Source of the DNA: Pseudomonadota bacterium
GTDB lineage: Bacteria > Pseudomonadota > Alphaproteobacteria > Caulobacterales > Aquidulcibacteraceae
Length of the DNA: 57,885 nucleotides
NCBI GenBank assembly: GCA_023410295.1
Contig: JAEYPY010000053.1
Coordinates: forward strand, 1-57,885
Reading direction: 5' to 3'
Part shown: positions 53,582 to 57,885 of the stretch, piece after piece
Layout: every line of letters starts with the position of its first letter
Numbering within the stretch: the first letter of the stretch is position 1
The notes under the pieces: model-generated
The model's input: the letters and a program-made list of their open reading frames with translations, nothing else
The model's database searches: none
Told to the model about the DNA's origin: nothing
Position numbers and translations under genes: made by a program

Positions 53582-54773
53582 CTGGTCGCTGTTCGGGCGC
53601 GGCGAACAGAGAGGGCCTGCGGGCGATTGGCGAACTTGGGTGTTCTTGGGCGGTCGCGGGGCGGGCAAGACCCGCGCCGGCGCCGAATGGGTCACCGAAC
53701 TGGCCCGCTCGGGGGTGGCGGGCCGCATAGCGCTGGTCGCGCCGACGTTTCACGATGTGCGCGAGGTGATGGTCGAAGGCGCCTCGGGCCTGCGCGCGCT
53801 GCCTTACGCGCCGCCCGGCTACGAACCCAGCCGCCGGCGGCTGGTGTGGCCAAACGGGGCGCAGGCTTATTGTTTTTCGGCGGAGGATCCTGAGAGCCTG
53901 CGCGGGCCGCAGTTCGACGCCGCCTGGGTCGATGAAGTGTGTTTTTGGGCGGCGCCGGATGAAACGCTGGCGACGCTGGGGCATGCGTTGCGGCTTGGCG
54001 CGCAGCCGCGGCTGATGGTGACGACGACGCCAAAGCCGATCGCGGCGCTGAAGCGGTTGATGGAGGCGTCCGACACGGTGGTGACGCACGCGGCGTCCTT
54101 TGAGAACCGCCATAACGTGGCGCGCGATTTCATAATGGCGTTACGCGAGCGGTGGGCCGGGACGGCGTTGCATCGCCAAGAAGTGCTCGGTCAGCTGATC
54201 GAAGACGTCGAAGGGGCGCTGTGGCGTCGCGCGCAGCTGGAGGCGCTGCGCACAGACGAGCGCGTCGCGTGCGAGCGCATCGTCGTCGCCGTCGATCCGC
54301 CCGCTTCCGTTGGCGCTGAAGCGGCGACCTGCGGAATTGTTGCAGCTGGCGCCTGGGACGACTTTCCGCACCGGCGCGCGCTAGTGTTGGCGGACGCCAG
54401 CATCCAGGGCGCGGCGCCGCAGGTGTGGGCAGAGCGTGCAGCCGATCTGGCGCGGTCGCTCAACGCCAATGCGATCGTGGCCGAGGCCAACAATGGCGGG
54501 GAGATGGTGCGTGCGGTGCTGCGTGCGGCCGCGCCGGACATTTACGTCAAGCTGGTGCGCGCAAGCGCGGGCAAGCGAGCGCGGGCCGAGCCGATCGCCT
54601 CCTACTACGACCAAGGCCGCGTGCGGCACGCAGCGGCCTTCGCCGAACTGGAAGATGAAATGTGTGCGTTCGATGTGGGGCTGAAGAAGAGTCCCGACCG
54701 CGTCGATGCGCTGGTGTGGGCGCTAACCGAATTGTTCGGCGCTGGCTTGGGCCCGCGCGCGCGGATGGCCTGA
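53526..54773 (+). CDS. GTA large terminase (start uncertain)
   Basis: DWRTWVFLGGRGAGKTRAGAEWV, LRGPQFDAAWVDE, VAVDPP, SPDRVDALVWA. Confidence 0.93.
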   Translation: MMLQLGLLSGSDAEILLSDWSLFGRGEQRGPAGDWRTWVFLGGRGAGKTRAGAEWVTELARSGVAGRIALVAPTFHDVREVMVEGASGLRALPYAPPGYEPSRRRLVWPNGAQAYCFSAEDPESLRGPQFDAAWVDEVCFWAAPDETLATLGHALRLGAQPRLMVTTTPKPIAALKRLMEASDTVVTHAASFENRHNVARDFIMALRERWAGTALHRQEVLGQLIEDVEGALWRRAQLEALRTDERVACERIVVAVDPPASVGAEAATCGIVAAGAWDDFPHRRALVLADASIQGAAPQVWAERAADLARSLNANAIVAEANNGGEMVRAVLRAAAPDIYVKLVRASAGKRARAEPIASYYDQGRVRHAAAFAELEDEMCAFDVGLKKSPDRVDALVWALTELFGAGLGPRARMA

Positions 54774-54784
54774 AGGAAAACGAG

Positions 54785-55936
54785 ATGTTCGAGTGGTGGA
54801 AACGCCTCCGCGCGCCGCGCGCGGAGCGAAAACTCATGGCTTGGCATACGCCAGGCCGGCCCGTGTGGCCGATGCGCGATTCAGCAGCGTTCGCGCGCGA
54901 AGGCTATGCGCGCAATGCGGTTGCTTATCGCTGTGTGCGCATGATCGCCGAAGCTGCGGCGAGCGCGCCGCTGAAGGTTGGCCCTGCCGATCACCCGCTG
55001 GCGCGTCTCTTGGCGCGGCCCAACCCGGAGCAAACCGGCGGCGAGTTGATGGAGGCGTTTTACGGCCACCTCCAAGTCAGCGGCAACGCGTATCTGGAAA
55101 TGGCGAGCATCGGCGAAGCGGCGCCGAGCGAACTTTATGTGCTGCGGCCTGACCGCATGAGCGTTGTGCCTGGCGCAGATGGCTGGCCGGTGGGCTGGGA
55201 GCATCGCGTCGGCGCCCAGGTGCGCCGCTTCGAGCGCGATCCGGTAACGGGCGAGGCGCCCATTCTGCACCTCAAGCTCTTTCATCCGAACGATGACTGG
55301 TACGGCCTCTCGCCGATGGAGGCGGCAGGCTATGCCATCGACATCCACAATGCAGGCGGCGCCTGGAACAAAGCGCTGATCGACAACGCGGCGCGGCCGA
55401 GCGGGGCGCTGGTATTCACGGGCGTCGGCGGCGCCGACCGGCTGAGCGAGGAGCAGTTCCGGCGCTTGAAGCAGGAGCTCGACGAAATGCACGCCGGCGC
55501 AGCCAATGCGGGCCGGCCGATGGTGCTGGAAGGCGGGCTCGATTGGCGGCCGATGTCGCTGACGCCCGCGGATATGGATTTTATCGACGCACGTCACGCC
55601 GCCGCGCGCGACATTGCGCTGGCGTTCGGCGTGCCGCCGATGCTGCTCGGCATTCCGGGCGACAACACTTACTCGAATTACCGCGAAGCAAACCTCGCCT
55701 TCTGGCGCCAGACCGCGCTGCCGTTGGCGATGAAAGCCGCGCGTGGGCTTGAAGCCTGGATCGGCGATCGCTGGCCGGAGCATGGGCCGGCGGCGGTCAG
55801 TGTCGATGTGGAGGCCGTTCCGGCGCTTGCGGTTGAACGCGAGGCGCTGTGGGCGCGGCTCGGCGCAGCTGACTTCTTGGACACAAATGAGAAGCGCCGC
55901 CTCGCCGGCGTTGAAGAGCCGGAGCGCGCGCGATGA
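54785..55936 (+). CDS. GTA/HK97-family portal protein
   Basis: REGYARNAVAYRCVRMIAEA, NAARPSGAL, FGVPPMLLGIPGDNTYSNY. Confidence 0.95.
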   Translation: MFEWWKRLRAPRAERKLMAWHTPGRPVWPMRDSAAFAREGYARNAVAYRCVRMIAEAAASAPLKVGPADHPLARLLARPNPEQTGGELMEAFYGHLQVSGNAYLEMASIGEAAPSELYVLRPDRMSVVPGADGWPVGWEHRVGAQVRRFERDPVTGEAPILHLKLFHPNDDWYGLSPMEAAGYAIDIHNAGGAWNKALIDNAARPSGALVFTGVGGADRLSEEQFRRLKQELDEMHAGAANAGRPMVLEGGLDWRPMSLTPADMDFIDARHAAARDIALAFGVPPMLLGIPGDNTYSNYREANLAFWRQTALPLAMKAARGLEAWIGDRWPEHGPAAVSVDVEAVPALAVEREALWARLGAADFLDTNEKRRLAGVEEPERAR

Positions 55937-56160
55937 AAGTGGCCGTAGATCCGCGAGTCACGCTCGCACTCATCGTAGCGCTGTTTCTTGAAACAGCTGG
56001 CGGCTTGATCTGGGCAGGGCGCGCTGCGGCGCGGCTTGAAGAGGTCGAGCGCGCGGTGGCGACGCAGCCTGAAGTGGCCGAGCGGCTGGCGCGGCTCGAA
56101 GAGCAGGTGACCGACGCGCGCCGGTCGCTGGCGCGCATCGAGCGGCGGCTCGACGAATGA
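55933..56160 (+). CDS. Small GTA-cluster protein (one TM plus coiled coil)
   Basis: ATGA-coupled on both sides, between portal and protease. Confidence 0.7.
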   Translation: MKVAVDPRVTLALIVALFLETAGGLIWAGRAAARLEEVERAVATQPEVAERLARLEEQVTDARRSLARIERRLDE

Positions 56161-56570
56161 TTATCGAAGGCTACGCCGCTTTGTTCGGCGTGGAAGATCA
56201 GATGCACGACATCGTGCGCGCCGGCGCGTTTGCAGCGTCCTTGGCGAAGCGCACGGCGCCTTTGCCGTTGCTGGTCGAGCACGAGCCACGCCTGCTCGCG
56301 GGTCATTGGAGCGAAGTGCGCGAAGATGGACGCGGGCTCTGGCTGCGCGGCGAGGTGCGTGACGATCAGCCGGGCGCGGCGCGTGCGCGGCGCCTGCTGG
56401 CGCGGGGAATCGATGGGCTCTCCATCGGCTTCATCCCGCTTGGCGCTCACCGGGTCGGCGCGCATCGCGTGCTAACCGAGGTCGAACTTCTGGAGGTGTC
56501 GATCGTGACACATCCGATGCAGCCGCAGGCGCGGCTCAACTTCGCGCGAGAGTTCATCCGCGCTGCTTAA
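56157..56570 (+). CDS. HK97-family prohead protease
   Basis: IEGYAALF, LLVEH, DGLSIGF, LLEVSIVTHPM. Confidence 0.92.
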   Translation: MIIEGYAALFGVEDQMHDIVRAGAFAASLAKRTAPLPLLVEHEPRLLAGHWSEVREDGRGLWLRGEVRDDQPGAARARRLLARGIDGLSIGFIPLGAHRVGAHRVLTEVELLEVSIVTHPMQPQARLNFAREFIRAA

Positions 56571-56580
56571 GGAGAGAAAC

Positions 56581-57783
56581 GTGAGGAAAGAAACCAAAGC
56601 CGCGCCGGCTGGCGGCGCGGATGCGCTGATGCGCGCGTTCGAGGAATTCAAGTCGACCAACGATGCGCGGCTCGACGCGATCGAGAAAAGGCGCGGCGAC
56701 GTGCTGCTTGAAGAGAAGGTCGATCGTATCGATCGCGCGCTGGCCGAGCAGAAATCGCTGATCGAGAAGGCGGCGCTCGCCGGCCGTCGCCCGGCGCTTG
56801 CAGCCGATCCGGCGGTGAGCGAGCACAAATCCGCGTGGAGCGCCTATCTGCGGCGCGGCGATGTTTCGGCGCTGGCGCAGTTCGAAGCCAAGGCGCTCTC
56901 GGTCGGCTCGGACGCCGACGGCGGCTATGTCGCCCCGCCGGAACTCGACCGCATGATCGAGAGCCGCCTGAAGCAAGTCTCGCCGATGCGCTCGATTGCG
57001 ACGGTGCGGACGACGGGGGCCAACGTGTTCAAGAAGCCGATCAGCCTGACGGCGGCTGGCACGGGCTGGATCAGCGAAACCGGCGCGCGCACGCAGACTT
57101 CGACGCCGACGCTCGCCTTGCTCGAATTCCCGACCGCCGAGCTCTACGCCAATCTCGCCGCGACGCAGACGCTGCTCGACGACAGCTTCGTCAATCTCGA
57201 GGAATGGATCGCCAGCGAAGTGGAAGAAGCTTTCGCCGGCCAGGAGCGCGCCGCGTTCGTCACGGGCGATGGCGATAATAAGCCGAAGGGCTTCCTCGAT
57301 TACGACATGGTCGCTGAAGGCAGTCATGTTTGGGGCAAGATCGGCTATATCGCGACAGGCGTCGACGGTGGCTTCGCGGCGTCCGATCCGGTCGATGACC
57401 TGATCGATCTCATCTACACGCCGAAAACGCAGTTCCGGCAAAACGCGCGCTTCGTCATGAACCGCAAGACGGTCTCGGCGGTGCGCAAACTGAAGGATGC
57501 GGACGATCGCTACATCTGGTCGCCGGATGAGTCCGGCGGTTCGACGCTGCTCGGCTATCCGATCACCGAGATCGAAGACATGCCGGACATGGCCGCGGAT
57601 TCGTTCTCGATCGCTTTCGGCGATTTTGCACGCGGCTATCTCATCGTCGATCGCGCCGGCGTCCGGGTGTTGCGCGATCCGTACTCCGCCAAGCCGTACG
57701 TCTTGTTCTACGTGACCAAACGCGTCGGCGGCGGCGTGCAGAACTTCGACGCGATCAAAGCGCTGAAGTTCGGGGAGTCGTGA
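56581..57783 (+). CDS. GTA/HK97-fold major capsid protein
   Basis: DGGYVAP, TQTLLDDS, IAFGDF, LRDPYSAKPYVLFYVTKRVGG. Confidence 0.96.
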   Translation: MRKETKAAPAGGADALMRAFEEFKSTNDARLDAIEKRRGDVLLEEKVDRIDRALAEQKSLIEKAALAGRRPALAADPAVSEHKSAWSAYLRRGDVSALAQFEAKALSVGSDADGGYVAPPELDRMIESRLKQVSPMRSIATVRTTGANVFKKPISLTAAGTGWISETGARTQTSTPTLALLEFPTAELYANLAATQTLLDDSFVNLEEWIASEVEEAFAGQERAAFVTGDGDNKPKGFLDYDMVAEGSHVWGKIGYIATGVDGGFAASDPVDDLIDLIYTPKTQFRQNARFVMNRKTVSAVRKLKDADDRYIWSPDESGGSTLLGYPITEIEDMPDMAADSFSIAFGDFARGYLIVDRAGVRVLRDPYSAKPYVLFYVTKRVGGGVQNFDAIKALKFGES

Positions 57784-57790
57784 AGCGAGG

Positions 57791-57838
57791 CTCCCCCGCT
57801 TGCGGGGGAGCTGTCAGCGAAGCTGACTGAGGGGGGAG
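57791..57838. repeat. REP-like double-hairpin palindromic element
   Basis: CTCCCCCGC-tt-GCGGGGGAG (57791-57810), GTCAGC-gaa-GCTGAC (57813-57827), then TGAGGGGGGAG. Confidence 0.7.
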
Positions 57839-57885
57839 TTGCGCCCGCCTCGCACACCTTCCCCCTCCCCCAGCCTTAGGTCGCG

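Noticed and set aside
53294..57783. Inserted prophage
   Set aside because: No integrase, repressor, replication genes or att-like repeat on the visible flank; motifs, order and composition fit a GTA, although the right side is not visible

Overview
High-GC alphaproteobacterial chromosomal window; gene content and order point to Caulobacterales/Hyphomonadaceae (inference, no search run). It holds a core block (fliR-flhB-cckA, recA with two SOS boxes, alaS, icd, trmJ, rimO, bfd-bfr, rpsD, ppk2, grxD-bolA), an exbB-exbD-exbD-tonB operon followed by two paralogous secreted proteins, and two DUF2336 genes. Further right lie a ten-gene Mrp/Mnh-type antiporter operon, mucR, a gafY/gafZ-like GTA activator pair, sufE, a divJ-like kinase, prfC, uup, a class A PBP and the start of a gene transfer agent (GTA) head cluster, ending in a palindromic element. 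The most striking signal is the Mrp-like operon: all ten frames are intact and overlap, but the three MrpD-like subunits appear to have lost nearly all the membrane-embedded Glu/Lys/His residues needed for proton translocation, suggesting a repurposed pseudo-antiporter. Also notable: a double-LuxR-HTH regulator fused to an apparently dead alpha/beta-hydrolase, and GTA activators only about 11.5 kb from the GTA structural genes. All family calls are by-eye motif recognition.
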